Notes: generated from the letters alone by a model not told the origin. A DNA stretch of 64,000 nucleotides from Amphiscolops sp. MND2022 (GCA_964187785.1 CAXLNC010000593.1:124001-188000); one strand, 5' to 3'; shown: positions 35,500-48,832, counted from the first letter of the stretch. Translations and numbers: made by a program.

Positions 35500-37805
35500 T
35501 CCATCCCACCATCACTCCCGTGGCGACGTTATTCTTTTTATTCTTTTTGACTGCTACCCTAGCTGAAAACGACGTCAGGCTGAAGGTCTACGTTGACCCA
35601 AATTACGCAGGAAGTAATGGCCTCAAAGCAACCCCTGATGCTGCACTTCATTTGATCTTATTTCGAGTCTATACGAGTTCAAACATAACCATCTCAAAAA
35701 AACATACAACATTTCTCTCAGATCGGACACGGAAGTGTTTACTCTGCAAGATAGGGACCGATTCATGTTGAAGAGCCAAACCACTTTAATGGCAATCAAT
35801 TTTATACTGTGCTGTAAAGTTTGCGCAAGTATCGAGAAAAGACTTTGGCCACTACACTCTTTGTGTATGCCCCATCAAATCTGAAGCAGACTCAGATACT
35901 TTTTGTAGCTCTAACGAGTGCGAAATATTGGGTTTCGATTTCATTGACGAATCAGAGTCCACCTGTGCACAGACTGAAAGTCAACATTGCTCATTTTAGG
36001 GCCCTTTTAGGCTACTCTTCTGTCAAGCATCATCTATCTGGAACTCTGGAGAAGATAGCCGCTCTGACTGAACTAGTTTCTCAACAGAGCGATGATTCAA
36101 AAACTTTCATGGAGAATATGGACCCTGGCTGTAGAATTCTTCTCCCAATAGCGCCTTGTTTCATTGCCCTCCCAAAGTGTAAGCAATTGGAAAACGAAAC
36201 AGTTGAGTTAAAACATATGTGCAAACAAGACTGTTCCGCTATTTTTGATGTTTGCAAAACTTGGTTGGAAAATTCAGAGCGAAGGCAAAATTATATATTC
36301 AAGAACTTTGCCAAAAATATGTCTCAAGTTCTGGAAACCTTGAACTTGGGCAGAGAATTCAACAAATCGATGTGTCAGTTTTACAATGATTCAGAATGCA
36401 TATCAATAAATGCTACAGTGCTGAAGAATAAGCTCGACGAAAACAAAACCTCCCATTGCTACGACTCTGATTACAAGGGTACTTCTTACAGAGGCCAAAT
36501 ATCGAAATCTATATCGGGAATGTCTTGTGTAAAATGGGATCAATCGGGAAAGTACGACAATTTTCAAGGGTATTCACTCAATACAATAAAGTATGCCGAG
36601 CTGTATGGTTCGGAAAATTTCTGCAGGAACCCAATCAATGTCACGACGCAGTCAATCGATCAATCAAAACCTTGGTGTTTCGTTGATTATCAAGGAACAT
36701 GGGAACAATGCAACGTGCCTGTGTGGCACAGTGCAAATCTGAATCCCATTGTGTTTGCATACATAGTAGTTGCCGCAACTATCCTTGCTGTTGTGGCCAT
36801 GACATTTCTCCTCCTACTAATGAAATGTGTGTTTTCTACAAAACAACAGCAACAACAGCATTACCTCTACATTGAAGATGAATCTGGTCTGCGACACTTT
36901 GACCGAAATCAATTGGAAAAGCTCTCGCGACTCGGTGAGGGTGAATTTGGAGTTGTTTTTAAGGCTCTAATTAAGAGGCGTTTGAATGACGATCTGATAG
37001 TTGCCGTGAAAGCCTTACACGAAGATGCTGACAATACGGAGCAGGAACATTTCCGCAGTGAGGCCAAATTGTTGAACGAATTCGACCATGAAAACATTAT
37101 CAAGTTGTACGGTGTCTGCTTCGAAGGAGAACCCATGTACATGATATTCGAATATATGCCAAATGGAGACCTGCACGATTTCCTCCGACAAAGAGCGCCG
37201 AGTGACGGAGAGCTATCTCAGTTGTTATCCATATCCGTACAGATAGCGAGGGGCTTGGCATACCTGGCTGAAAAACGATACATACACAGAGATATTGCTG
37301 CGCGAAACGTGCTCCTCGGAAGTAAGAGTGAGGACAACATACTGCCCGCTAAACTCTGTGATTTTGGCTTGTCTCGAAGTGTGCGAGTTGAGACTATTAC
37401 AGACTCAAAGGCAAGTCCATGCTACCAGTGAGATGGATGCCGCCGGAAGCTATTCTTTACATGACTTTTACCGCCGCCAGTGACGTTTACTCTTTTGGAG
37501 TATTGTTATGGGAAGTTTTCTCTTTTGGCTCGCGGCCGTATGAGAATGTTCCAAACGAAGACGTAGTAGATCATATTCTTCAGCAGCAGCTACTGGAACA
37601 ACCAATTGGATGTCCCGATGCCTTGTACGGTATCATGAAGCAATGTTGGAAATATCGATCAAATCAGCGACCCAGTGCCCATGCTCTAAGCGAGGAACTG
37701 CTACACGTGGCAAACAGTTGTAACTTAATGTTTCCCCAAGCGACAAGAAACTGGTATGTTAATGCAGAAGCAATCGCCAAACACCATCAAGTTTCTTTTT
37801 GTTGA
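35500..37805 (+). pseudogene. Intronless Ror/MuSK-family RTK pseudogene, copy 2
   Basis: Start codon is GTG (35520). Frameshifts lie in the Ig region and at the Ig/CRD boundary. A contiguous CRD-kringle-TM-kinase ORF has GEGEFG, VAVK, HRDIAARN and DFG. A 1-bp deletion in the activation loop splits the kinase; the second part is LPVRWMPPEA..SDVYSFGVLLWE. Confidence 0.93.
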
Positions 37806-38139
37806 ACACTTTACTTTCTTTGTTAGTATTTGTGTTTCGTGTCTTGCGCGACGTGTAAGAGATTCCAAGTACAATTCGTGGTTCTTTTTCACCCAAAATT
37901 CTTCTAAAAACTCCGAGTTCATTTCGTGTTTCTCCTCATAGTCTGAGAAAATTCCATATCATCTCGTGGTTTTCCAAAAAAAACAGTCTTCAAGAAATTC
38001 CGAGTACAATTTGTCTTTTTTCCCAAAAAAGAGTTTGAGAAATTCCGAGTTCAATTCATGGTTTTCTTCCAAAAAAATTCGTTTGAAGGAAAATAATTAG
38101 ATTCGTCTTCTTGGAACCATTTAAAAAACTCTTCCCATA

Positions 38140-38760
38140 TTTGATGTAACCGTTGTTTCAAACGTGAAGCGCAATTCCCTCCGGTGCTAATTATGTCTTG
38201 CATTCAGTTCTTGTCGTATGTTTTCGTCGTCCATACGTTCTTTTTTGCGGTGTCGTTTCATACTTCTTCTCTTAGGTGTCCCATTTTGTATTTAGGCGTC
38301 CATACCTTTTTTGCGGTGTCGTTTCATACTTCTTCTCTTAGGTGTCCCATTTTGTATTTAGGCGTCCATACGTTCTTTTTTGCGGTGTCGTTTCATACTT
38401 CTTCTCTTAGGTGTCCCATTTTGTATTTAGGCGTCCATACCTTTTTTTGCGGTGTCGTTTCATACTTCTTCTCTTAGGTGTCCCATTTTGTATTTAGGCG
38501 TCCATACCTTTTTTTGCGGTGTCGTTTCATACTTCTTCTCTTAGGTGTCCCATGTTCTTTTGAGCGTCCATACTTTTTTGGTGTCGTGTCATACGTATAT
38601 TTTCCCTTTAGGCGTCCCATTCAGTTTTAGGAGTCATTTTTGTCGCGATTTCGACTTAACCCCGACTACTCCTCCCCCCATTCCCACAGCAGTCGTCTTC
38701 TTCCCCACAATGGTCTTCCTCTAGCGTCCTCCACTTGACTTTCCCGTCTCTTGACCGACA
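38140..38760. repeat. R66 cassette, subtype A
   Basis: gcggtgtc at 38247, 38313, 38382, 38449... Confidence 0.92.
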
Positions 38761-38974
38761 ATTTTACAAGGTTTCAATTTTAGTATGCTTTACTATTTTA
38801 CAATTGCTTTATTTTTTATTAGCAATCAAAATGTACATTTTCAATCAGTTAGAATTCAATCAGTTGGTAATCGGATTTTTCAGAGTAGAGTTTTCAGTGA
38901 GACAAGGATAATACTCTGGACTTTTGAAGAAGGTTGTAATTTTGCCATTCGAAACAACGCTTAGTGTAAGCTGG

Positions 38975-39290
38975 ATTATTGGTTCTTTTTCAAACAAAAC
39001 TGATTCAAGAAATTCCGAGATCAATTCGTGGTTGTTTTTCAAACAAAACTGATTCAAGAAATTCCGAGATCAATCCGTGGTTCTTTTTTCAAACAAAACT
39101 GATTCAAGAAATTCCGAGTTCAATCCGTGCTTCTTTTTTTTTCAAACAAAACTGATTCAGGAAATTCCGAGATCAATCCGTGGTTCTTTCCCAAACAAAA
39201 CTGATTCAAGAAATTCCGAGATCAATTCGTGGTTCTTTTTCAAACAAAACTGATTAAAGAAAATCCGAGATCAATTCGTGGTTCGTTTTC
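38975..39290. repeat. R49 minisatellite
   Basis: ~6 copies. Confidence 0.92.
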
Positions 39291-39555
39291 ATTCGTGCCA
39301 AGTTGAATGTTTTCAAATATCACGGCCGAGTTAATCAATCTATCCAGCAATTTCTACCAAATTGCTTAGAAACTGGTGACTTTTCTCAATTGGGACATTC
39401 CTGTAACTATCTCATTCAAGAAAGAAGATCACATGATTGCAAGATTTGAATTTCCAAGTATTATTTTCTTGTCTTTCTGCCTTTTTGCACAGAAAAGACT
39501 GTTTCATGATTGTTTTCTGCTTTTTAACTAGTTTCTTGTTTCTTTGTTTTTTTTT

Positions 39556-39925
39556 GTTTTAATAAACCAGGAGATTCTGGTTTTACAATGTATATGTAAA
39601 TGCATGTATATTATATAATGTACAAAGAATTAGTACCATGAAATTCCGAGACATAATTTTAATGTACAAGTATTTCAAATGTACAATAAATTACAAATAG
39701 GAAAGTATGAGACATAATTCTAGCACACCAATGTATGGTTGTTTTAATAAACCAGGAGATTCTGGTTTTACAATGTATATGTGAATGCATGTATCTTATA
39801 TAATGTACAAAGAATTAAAACCATGAAATTCCGAGACATAATTTAGGTGTACAAGTATTTCAAATGTACAATAAATTACAAATAGGAAAGTATGAGACAT
39901 AATTCTAGCACACCAATGTATTGCA
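39556..39925. repeat. 185-bp tandem dimer (AT-rich) with degenerate third copy
   Basis: aataaaccaggagattctgg at 39561 and 39746; duplicated at ~52900-53260. Confidence 0.85.
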
Positions 39926-40929
39926 TGGAAAATAGGAAATAATTTTAGTATAAATGCATTACATGTGTTTTACAATTATGAAGTACAAGAGTATTACGAA
40001 GACATGTATTATAAATTTAAATGGTTGATGAAAGTTCTGGTAAAAGATTACAATGTAGAATTTCCGAAAAATAATTAAGTTGTACAGGTATTTCAAATGC
40101 ACAATAAATTACTAATAGGAAAGTCTAATGTATTATAAGGTCACAACAATGTATTATATGTATTATAAATGCGAATTGTGGTACAATTGCTTTAAATTTG
40201 GTATAAAATAAGGTACATGTATGTAAGTGCTAATTCATAAAACGATCCAACAAACATTTTGACAAAACTTCTGAATTGGTTTCATGATTTTAAAATGAAT
40301 ATGTTTTTTATGCCTAAGTTGAATTGTAAATAAGTAAGAATTAAACCCCTTTCCAAACGTACAAAATGCAAATTTGAAGAAATTTACATTAGTAGTAAAA
40401 TTTGGCGAAATACTTAAAAATTGACCGCAATGCCCAAAAGTTTCTCCTAAGAGCTCTACTTTTGTCACTCGAAAGTTAAAGCAATTGCGGATACAAATTT
40501 ATTCAGCCACGTCGACACAAAACAACACGAGGCAAAGCCTACGAACTATTGTCTTGAGTACTGTAGTTTCACTTGAGGCAACTCTCTCTGATTTTTTTTT
40601 TGTTTTTCGGCATTTTGTTTGTTTGAAAGGGAAGAAATAACACAAAACAGCTAGTATTTAAAAATACTGGGTGAGAAAAAGGACTGAAATTGTACAATGA
40701 ACTGGTTATTAGCACCAGTACCAGGAAGTTGCTTTTCGCACAAGGCTATGTTCAGTACTGAAATGGTACTGTAGTGGAAATTCTTCGTCTGCCAGTCTTG
40801 TGGTCACGTCTTTACAACTGAATGTCGCCTCCGTCGACTGGTCCGGATTTGACGTTGTATTGAATCGGTCATTTTAGGCGGAATGAGACTCAAACTTGAT
40901 TTTAAAAATTGTGGAACACTCGGTTTTGA

Positions 40930-41330
40930 TTGAAAAAAGTTGAAAAAAAATATGAAATTCGGAGACACCCACTTTTGATAGGCTTAGAAGAAACGTGCAT
41001 ATGATTTGAAAAATAACTTGATGAAATTCGGAGACACTCACTTTCGATTGGCTTAAAAGAAACGTGCATATGATTTGAAAAAAAATGATGAATTTCGGAG
41101 ACACTTACTTTTGATTGGCTTAGAAGAAACGTGCATATATTTTTGAAAAAAAAATTGATGAAATTCGGAGACACTCGATTTTGATTGGCTTAGAAGAAAC
41201 ATGCATATGATTTGAAAAAAAATAATAATTTGATGAAATTCGGGGACACTGAGTTTTGATTGGCTCAGATGAAACGTGCATTCAATTCAAAAAAAATACT
41301 TTGATTAAGTTCGGAGACACTGATTGGTTA
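40930..41330. repeat. ~69-bp minisatellite downstream of the YR gene
   Basis: gaaattcggagacactc...gattggcttagaagaaacgtgcatatgatttg at ~40954, 41023, 41090, 41160, 41234; duplicated at ~54265-54730. Confidence 0.88.
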
Positions 41331-42109
41331 AGGTGCAGAAAATTCTGCATTAAAACGTGCAGAAAATTCGAAAAAAAATCTAAAGAAACTCTGAGATACT
41401 CAAATGGAAATGGTTGAAAAGCAGCGTGCGAAAAAATCAGAATTTTCGAGAGCCTAGAAAAAACTTGGACCCAAAGTTCATTCCGTCATGGAACAGTCTC
41501 GACTGTTCAAATCATTTCAGATGATTGTTGAACGACGATTTGACTTTGTTGTATATGGTGGTGACGTCGTTTGCCTCTAAAAAGTGACCGGCGTCACGCA
41601 ACATACGCTCAACTTGTTTCCTTGAAACATTCGTCGTTATGTCGTAGAAAACAGGCAGCGCATCTGCCCATAGTGGCCTTGTTTCTACGCCTTTGAACCT
41701 CAGCAAACTCTGAATGTATCTTTCTCGTTTGGGGCAACGCGGTGGGGGCGGTTCTTCTGGCCGAACGTCACTGACTCGTTGACCGTCACTGAAAACTACA
41801 CCCCCTGCCATTGGTCGTTTCCGTTTCCCAGATGGCTGTGACCCTTTGTCCTCAATTTCATCATCTCTTGTGGTGGACTCCATGATGTTGCTTGTCATCA
41901 TCAGACTGTCGTCTCGCAACCACGGAGTTTCCTCTGCCCACTTGACCCTGTCCTACCTGTGGAACACCCCCCGACCCTGACTGGAAATTCTGTGATGCGC
42001 CCTGCCCTGTACTCCTAACGTCTTGCCCTCTCCTTTCCCGACCCGGTTCCTCTTCAGTTGTTGGTTGTAGAGCCAGCTGCCGCCTCGTCTTCCCTTTTAA
42101 AACATGAAA

Positions 42110-42420
42110 GGTGACTCAAAACGCTAGAGAAAATTATGAAAAAGAATTTAAAGAAAATCGGAGACTCTCGATTGTAATTGGCGGACACAAAACGCTAGAG
42201 AAAATTATGAAAAAATATTTTAAAGAAGTTCGGAGACTCTCGATTGTAATTGGCGGACACAAAACGCTAGAGAAAATTATGAAAAATATTTTAAAGAAAT
42301 TCGGAGACTCTCGATTGTAATTGGCGGACACAAAACGCTTGAGAAAATTATGAAAAATATTTTAAAGAAGTTCGGAGACTCTCGTTTGTAATTGGCTGAC
42401 ATAAAACACTAGAGATAAAT
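42110..42420. repeat. ~71-bp intronic minisatellite (YR gene intron 3)
   Basis: caaaacgctagagaaaatt at 42117, 42188, 42260, 42331; duplicated at ~55515-55815. Confidence 0.9.
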
Positions 42421-43659
42421 AAAAAAAGACATGAAGGCATTCTTAGACACTGTTCTACTAACCCCGTTCCGCGCGCTCAATTTCTTTCTGCCTCGCTTCT
42501 CTCACCGCTAATGGAGTCGCATCCCCGATTGTTGAGGCAGTTGAATCAACCGGGACAGTTACATTCACTGGTTCTGGCACCTCGTCTTCTTCGGGGACTG
42601 CGCGAAGATCGTTGACGAGGTGATCCAGCAATCGATGTCTGTTGGCAATATTGGCTGACATGTAATATTTCTCAGCTGTTTGCTGTGTATGCCCAGTCTG
42701 GTGCAGATGCTCGGTCATGACATCAGCAGCGATTTCCTCATTCTGCCTCAGCTGCTGCATTCTCCCCTCCCTGTACTTCCTCATTGAGTTGGAGTTGAAG
42801 CGGATGTCAGTGGCTCTATCGCCGAACTTCGCTGCGAAGACTTCGGAGATCTCGCGAGCCATACTTCTATCCGCTGTACCCTTCTGAGTAGAAAAGATCA
42901 GTACCGGAACTGCCTGGAACTCTCGTCGGTACGTCTCTTTCAAGTGGTACAGGAGGGGGATCTGGTCAGGCTCCACACGGAGGGCGACGTCGTAATATTG
43001 GCCGGTTTTGTGTCTGCTCGTCAAAACCGACCCGCTTCGTTGGATTTCCTCGAGCATTTCCCAAGTCAAGTTCATAATTGGCTGATTTCTTGGCTGGTAG
43101 GAAGTAGTTGAGGGCTTTCTCCTCCTTCAAAGAAAGACTCTCTTCCTCAACGTTTTCCTGCAACAGCTTCAGAACTTGCTCGTGGCGTGTTACCACGATG
43201 TTGTGGCTGGACACCAGCTTGAAGCGTTCGTCAGCCTTCCTCCGGCTATCGCAAGCAGCGCTGGTTGTGTAAATCGATTTCACTTCGTTCATGGCAGCGT
43301 GGATCCGGGCAGCGTCGATGTTGTCGCGGATCACAAGATAGTCCACGAATTTCTTCAGGCATGCCAAGTACGTCAAGATCGTTTGAGGGGCCAGTCGCTG
43401 ACGTTTCTGGATCATCATCGTCACCTGGAGTAATCTGTGGGTTTCCTGGAAGTGGTTTGTTTCCCCGTAGAACGTCGCGAGCGTGTTTTTTAGCCAAGGC
43501 CGGCTGCGGTCCTTTCCAGAATCTCCGGTGCATGCTTCCAGCGCTTGCCTCTGGTGCTGAATGTATTCTTCAACACGCTCGACGTCCGTTCTACGGGCCA
43601 CGCGGCTCTCTTTCATCTTATTTCTAAGCGACTGTGGCAGAGACCTGGAAAAAAATTAG

Positions 43660-44140
43660 AAGTTTAAAAATTCTGATAACACAGTATGAAAAATACTTCG
43701 GAGCTAGAAAAAGGTTAAGGAAATTCTGATAACGCAGTATGAAAAATATTTTTGATCATGAAAAATTCAAGGAAATTCTAATAACGCAGTATGAAAAAGA
43801 TTTTCGAGTTCGAAAAATATTAAAGAAATTCTGATAACGCAGAATGAAAAAAAAATTTCGAGCTAGAAAAAAAATAAGGAAATTCTGATAACGCAGTATG
43901 AAAAATATTTTCGAGCTAGAAAAATATTAAGGAAATTCTGATAACGCAGAATGAAAAAAAAATTCGAGCAAGAAAAAAAATAAGGAAATTCTGATAACGC
44001 AGTATGGAAAAGATTTTCGAGTTAGAAAAAGATTAAGGAAATTCTGATAACGCAGAATGAAACAAAATTTTCGAGCTAGAAAAAAATTAAGGAAATTCTG
44101 ATAACGCAGTATGAAAAATAATTTCGAGCTAGAAAGAGTT
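43660..44140. repeat. ~53-bp intronic minisatellite (YR gene intron 2)
   Basis: aaattctgataacgcag at 43721, 43773, 43826, 43880...; duplicated at ~57065-57540. Confidence 0.9.
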
Positions 44141-44555
44141 AATCCGATGACTACTCACTTCACAATTCGAAACTCCGGTAGCTTCTCCAGGTGACCAGGA
44201 CATCTCGATTTGTGAGTTGGTACCGAAGCAACACGGCGCATACACGTCGAGCAGAACCTGACTACTGTCTTCGAATCGCGGAAGCGGTAGTAGTCTTTAA
44301 TCAGAGTCTGTTCGGTTTCGGTGAGGAGATCGCCGTGCACGTGCTTCAAGTGCCGATCAATTCGCACAACAGACACATGGCAAATGATGCACTCGTTCTC
44401 CTGTGAGTATTTGGCTCGCTTCTCTTTCGCAACTGCGGCATCAACAGGAGCATTTTGAGGCACATCAGATGTTCCTGGTTGTTCATCCTTTGCATTGTGT
44501 GGAAAAACTGCCGGCATTTCCATCAACCGCTGCACTGACATTTCTTGCGGCACGT

Positions 44556-45787
44556 AGATGCAAGTATGGGCTCCCGAGGAGATGGCCCCTGGCTCTAGTT
44601 CTACACCTCGTCATCCCCCTTCAATTGGAGGTATATTTCAAAATATTATTTTTTAAAACAAATCCCCCACCACCGAAAAATCAAACAAACAATGAAATGG
44701 ACCCTATAAGGTGTAGTAATAAATTCTCATCATCGAGAAAAAACACAAGTTTGTTTCAGTAATAATAGCTCTTAATATTCGCTGTTAATAGAAATATTAT
44801 TAATAGAAACTTGGTAAATATCATTTTGAAATGAACTGTATTTTTTTCTACGTTTAGAGAACACAGCGGAAATTATTGCGCTGTGTCTGGACGAGGAAAA
44901 CATGGACGAGGAACGAGAAATGCTCAATGGTAAAGTAAACCTTACTTCTAGAAGTACATTTATCGCGTTTTTGTTCTAATTTCTCAGTATTGTCCTAGTG
45001 TTTTTGAAAAAGGATCCAGGAAAAAACTATTTCATTTATTGAGCTATAACTTCGAGTTTTGTCACGCATTTTGTTTCATATTCTGTAAAACAAAGTTCTC
45101 TCAGTTGGAATCTTCTGAAAAAACTTTTGCAGACCTTCTGATAACGTTCCGTTGATTGAAACTGTTTTTCTTCTTTCAGTTCATCCCAGACTAGTGCAAG
45201 AAGAAGAAGAAGAAGAAGAAGAAGAAGACTATTTTGAAGAAGAAGAAGACAAAGAAGAGCAACAACCGACGAAAAGGAAGCGCGGGCGCCCCCGAAAGGG
45301 CGAAGTGGTGAAAAAACAGACAAAAATAATATGAAGAGGCCCCCAGAAGCCAGAGAATGAATACCGCATGAGTTCTGAGTACTCGAGAAAAACAAAAACC
45401 AAAATTGAGAGGAACAGGAGACGACGAAGTTGCAGACACCACTGTATACTCTGCGGGGAGGAGGTGGTGACCTCGAACATTGTCAGGCACCTCTCCTTGA
45501 GCCACTGCTACCCGCTAAAGTTGCGGAGTTACATCTTAGATGTAACCCGAATCCGCCACCAACAACAGGGCAAGCACCCCATTATTAATGACTGTACTAC
45601 CTGTCTTCGGCGCTTTGTGGTGACTCGTGCCCACCGTCACCATTCCATTGATTGTGTTTTGACTGAAGTTCCTGATTTCACGAGCCTTGATGGTCTTTGT
45701 CTTAGGGCAAAAGCCATCATGGCTGTCTGTAATGGGGACTTGAACAACGCGTTTGAACTCCTCAAGGAAGAGTTGGGGAGAGACTAA
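44556..45787 (+). pseudogene. AHZ gene copy D (last three exons only)
   Basis: The last exon is in frame except for one TGA at 45332-45334; (GAA)9; AT-hook KRKRGRPRK. Confidence 0.85.
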
Positions 45788-46329
45788 ATTACTTTAGCCT
45801 CTCCTTCTGATTTTTTCATATTTTCTTCCAGATCATCGATAACATTCAATCCACGTTTTTCAGATTAATTTGTGGAAAAAAAGTCTTCAAGAATTTCCGA
45901 GTTCACTTCGTGGTTCTTTTTTGATTAAAATATTTCATTTTGTGTTTTTTTTTCAATGAATATTAGTTTAAGGAAATTCCAAGTCCAATTTGTGGTTCAT
46001 TTCCAAAAAACAGCCTTTAAGAAATTCCGAGTTCAATTTGTGTTTTTCCCAAAGAAAATTAGTTCGAGGAAATTCCAAGTCCAATTTGTGCTTCATTCGC
46101 AAAAAAACAGTCTTCAAGAAATTCCGAGTTCAATTTGTGTTTTTTTCATATAAAATTAGTTCAAAGAAATTCCTAGTTAAACTGATGGTTCACTTCTAAA
46201 TAAAATAGGTTTCAGTAATTTACGCCATGATGTTTTTCATTTTTAAGAAATTAAAATAATTTTTGAGTGCAATTGCTGTCACGATTTCAAAATAATTAGA
46301 TTCGTCTTTTTGGAACCAATTAAAAAACT

Positions 46330-47000
46330 CTTCCCTTATTTGATATAACCGTTGTTTCAAACGCGAAATTCAGTCCCCTCCGGTGCTAATTTTGTCTTGC
46401 ATTCAGTTCTTGTCGTCCGTACGTTCTTTTTTGCGGTGTCGTTATATACTTTTTTCGGTTGTCCCATTTTACTTTTAGGGTTCCATACGTTCTTTTTTGC
46501 GGTGTCGTTTCATACTTTTTTCGTTGTCCCATTTTACTTTTAGGCCTCCATACGCTTTTTTGCGGTGTCGTTTCATATTTTTTTTCGGTTGTCCAATTTT
46601 ACTTTTAGGGCTTACATACGCTTTTTTGCGGTGTAGTTTCATACTTTTTTCGGTTGTCCCATTTTACTTTTTGGCTTCCATATGCTTTTTTTGCGGTGTA
46701 GTTTCATACTTTTTTCGGTTGTCCCATTTTACTTTTAGGCTTCCATACGCTTTTTTGCGGTGTCGTTTCATACTTTTTTCGGTTGTCCCCTTTTACTTTT
46801 AGGCTTCCATACGTTCTTTTTTGCGGTGTCGTTTCTCATACTTTCTTCGGTTGTCCCGTTTTTTTGTCTTTCGGTTGTCCATGTCTTTTTTGCGGTGTCA
46901 TGCCATACATACTTTCCCGTTTTCGACTTACCCCCGACTATGCCCCCCCCCAGCCCACTGACTTCTTTCCCACTGACTATCCCCACCCCCACAGCACCCG
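46330..47000. repeat. R66 cassette, subtype B
   Basis: Duplicate of 33000-33680. Confidence 0.9.
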
Positions 47001-48712
47001 TCCTCTCCTTTTATCAATTTTATTTTAGCAATTTATATCAATTTATATTAGCAATTTATGTCAATTTAAATTAGCAATTTGTCCTGTTTATTCGCAATTA
47101 TTTAGAAGAGAATTAAATTACTTAGTAATCACATTTTTCAAATAGTGTTTTTAATGAGACGAGGATAACACTCTAGACATTGGTAAAAAAAGTTCAAGTT
47201 TGTCCATTCGAAACAACTCTTAGTATAACTTAGTTGATTGGCCCAATTTCGCAGGTAATGAAAATTTAGAGCAGTTTCAAGTGAAAGTCATCAGATTTAA
47301 TCATCAAATTTCATCACTATCAGATTTAATTAGGTAATAATTTAGGTTCAAAATGTTTTCGGAAAGTGCTTTATGAGAAAACAATACACGATACAAAATA
47401 TTCTCAAAAAACAAAACAATAGTCTCAACTTTTTGGAACAATTTTTTCTTCAAATTAAAATTTCTCACTGAGGAATGAAATCCTCACTCGGTTTTCGTCT
47501 CCGAATTTCTTCAACACAATTTTTTTCACTGACCAATCAGAAACCTCGCTCTGTTTCAGACTCAGAATATCTTCAAAACAATTTTTCTTCAAAAACATTT
47601 CCATGATATTCTGAATTGTACATTTAGTTCATATCCCGAATACTGTCAATAGTTTCAAAATAAAGCATCAATCATGGCTTGTGACTTGCCACTGGTTGCC
47701 AGCCAGTGACCTCAGTTTGTTTGTTTTTGCTTACGCACGCATCTCTCTGGTGGTGCCAAAGTCTACAATCATGATGTATATGTTTACTCAGAATTTTCAG
47801 CCAATCAGAATCGAGTAAAATTTTGGACAAAAACTTCCGCCATTAAATCAGTTGTCATTCTGTACCGTTCAAAATTGTGTCACTTCATTTTTCGTCCAAT
47901 TTATCAGTTCGTTCTAAAGAGAATCGTAATTTCAATAAATTTGCCTCAGACTTTGCATCTTCCAAAAACTTTGCCACCATCATTATTTTTTGCCTGATTT
48001 AGATAGTCAATTCAATCATGAAACTGTGGTCCCGAATAGTTCCAATAATTCAAAACAGTAAGTTAGTTCACATTTAGTTTAAATGTTTTTTTAAGTTTCA
48101 AATAACACAAAAATTATATGATTTTCACTAATCATAAAAATGAAATTTGACAACTTACAGCTTGTTCGGCATTTCTGAGACCAGGACCTCGCCTTGGTTT
48201 CGTCATTTTTAATTCCATGAATAAACCAGGTGGGTCCTAGTCACAAACTGTTCCGATATTTTGTTTGTTTTGTTTCATATGTTTCGATGATATCAATCAC
48301 AATTGTCCTCGTTCAACATTTTCGAGACCAGGGTTTACTTTGTATTTTCATTATACTTTAGATGAATATACATTGTGTCCCCTGTCTGAAGGTGTTACGG
48401 TATTTTTTTCTATATTAGTTACGATATATTTTTTGAACTTAGACGCTTTTGTTGCTCGAAGCAGTGCAGGAACTATATTGACACTCCATTATAGAGCTAG
48501 TATTGATTGTCTGTCTAAATGCGTCGCGTTTGACTTTCTTTTACGATGAATTCGTTTGGAACATTGAGGTTTTATTTTTATTTTTTTTTCTTGAACGTAT
48601 GCATATTACAATATGACAATTATCAAAAAAATAAAGTAACAAAAACGTCCAAGCAGGACAGAAAAGGAGCATAATCAGCTTCTTCGAGTTTCTGCCTGCC
48701 ATTGTTCCTTAA

Positions 48713-48747
48713 ATCTCTGCAAAATCGGTCCTATATCGCTACTGATT
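48713..48747 (+). other. 35-bp satellite monomer fragment (duplicate of 35380-35414)
   Basis: atctctgcaaaatcggtcctatatcgctactgatt. Confidence 0.9.
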
Positions 48748-48832
48748 ATAAAGAAAATAGAAATGGTGAACAAACACTTTTGCAGACATTCTGGTAACGT
48801 CCTGTTGAATGAAATTGTTTTTTGTCTTTCAG

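Larger units (their letters stand above)
31216..44553. repeat. Tandem segmental duplication, unit 1 (13,338 bp)
   Basis: Colinear and nearly identical to 44556-57956. The junction reads gcggcac-gt-agatgcaagt. Confidence 0.95.
41512..44553 (-). pseudogene. 5'-truncated copy of the SET-ZnF-YR gene (lacks SET domain and first exon)
   Basis: Exons 44553-44159 (truncated), 43644-42463 and 42093-41512. It shares the YR frameshift and has an extra 1-bp insertion in the last exon (~41938). Confidence 0.9.

Noticed and set aside
31845-35775. Two small deletions in unit 1 both removing CTAG (~31850 actag; ~35770 ctag) as transposon footprints
   Set aside because: Both have flanking microhomology consistent with slippage, footprints usually add bases, and n=2 is too few.
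35821-37431. The 536-aa ORF (and 49159-50769) as an intact RTK gene
   Set aside because: It starts at a TTG in the wrong frame for the Ig region, lacks a signal peptide, and loses kinase subdomains VIII-XI through a frameshift.
42458-43616. Prophage/bacterial integrase or contamination
   Set aside because: The YR is split by spliceosomal introns, fused to a eukaryotic SET domain and embedded in satellite-rich metazoan DNA.
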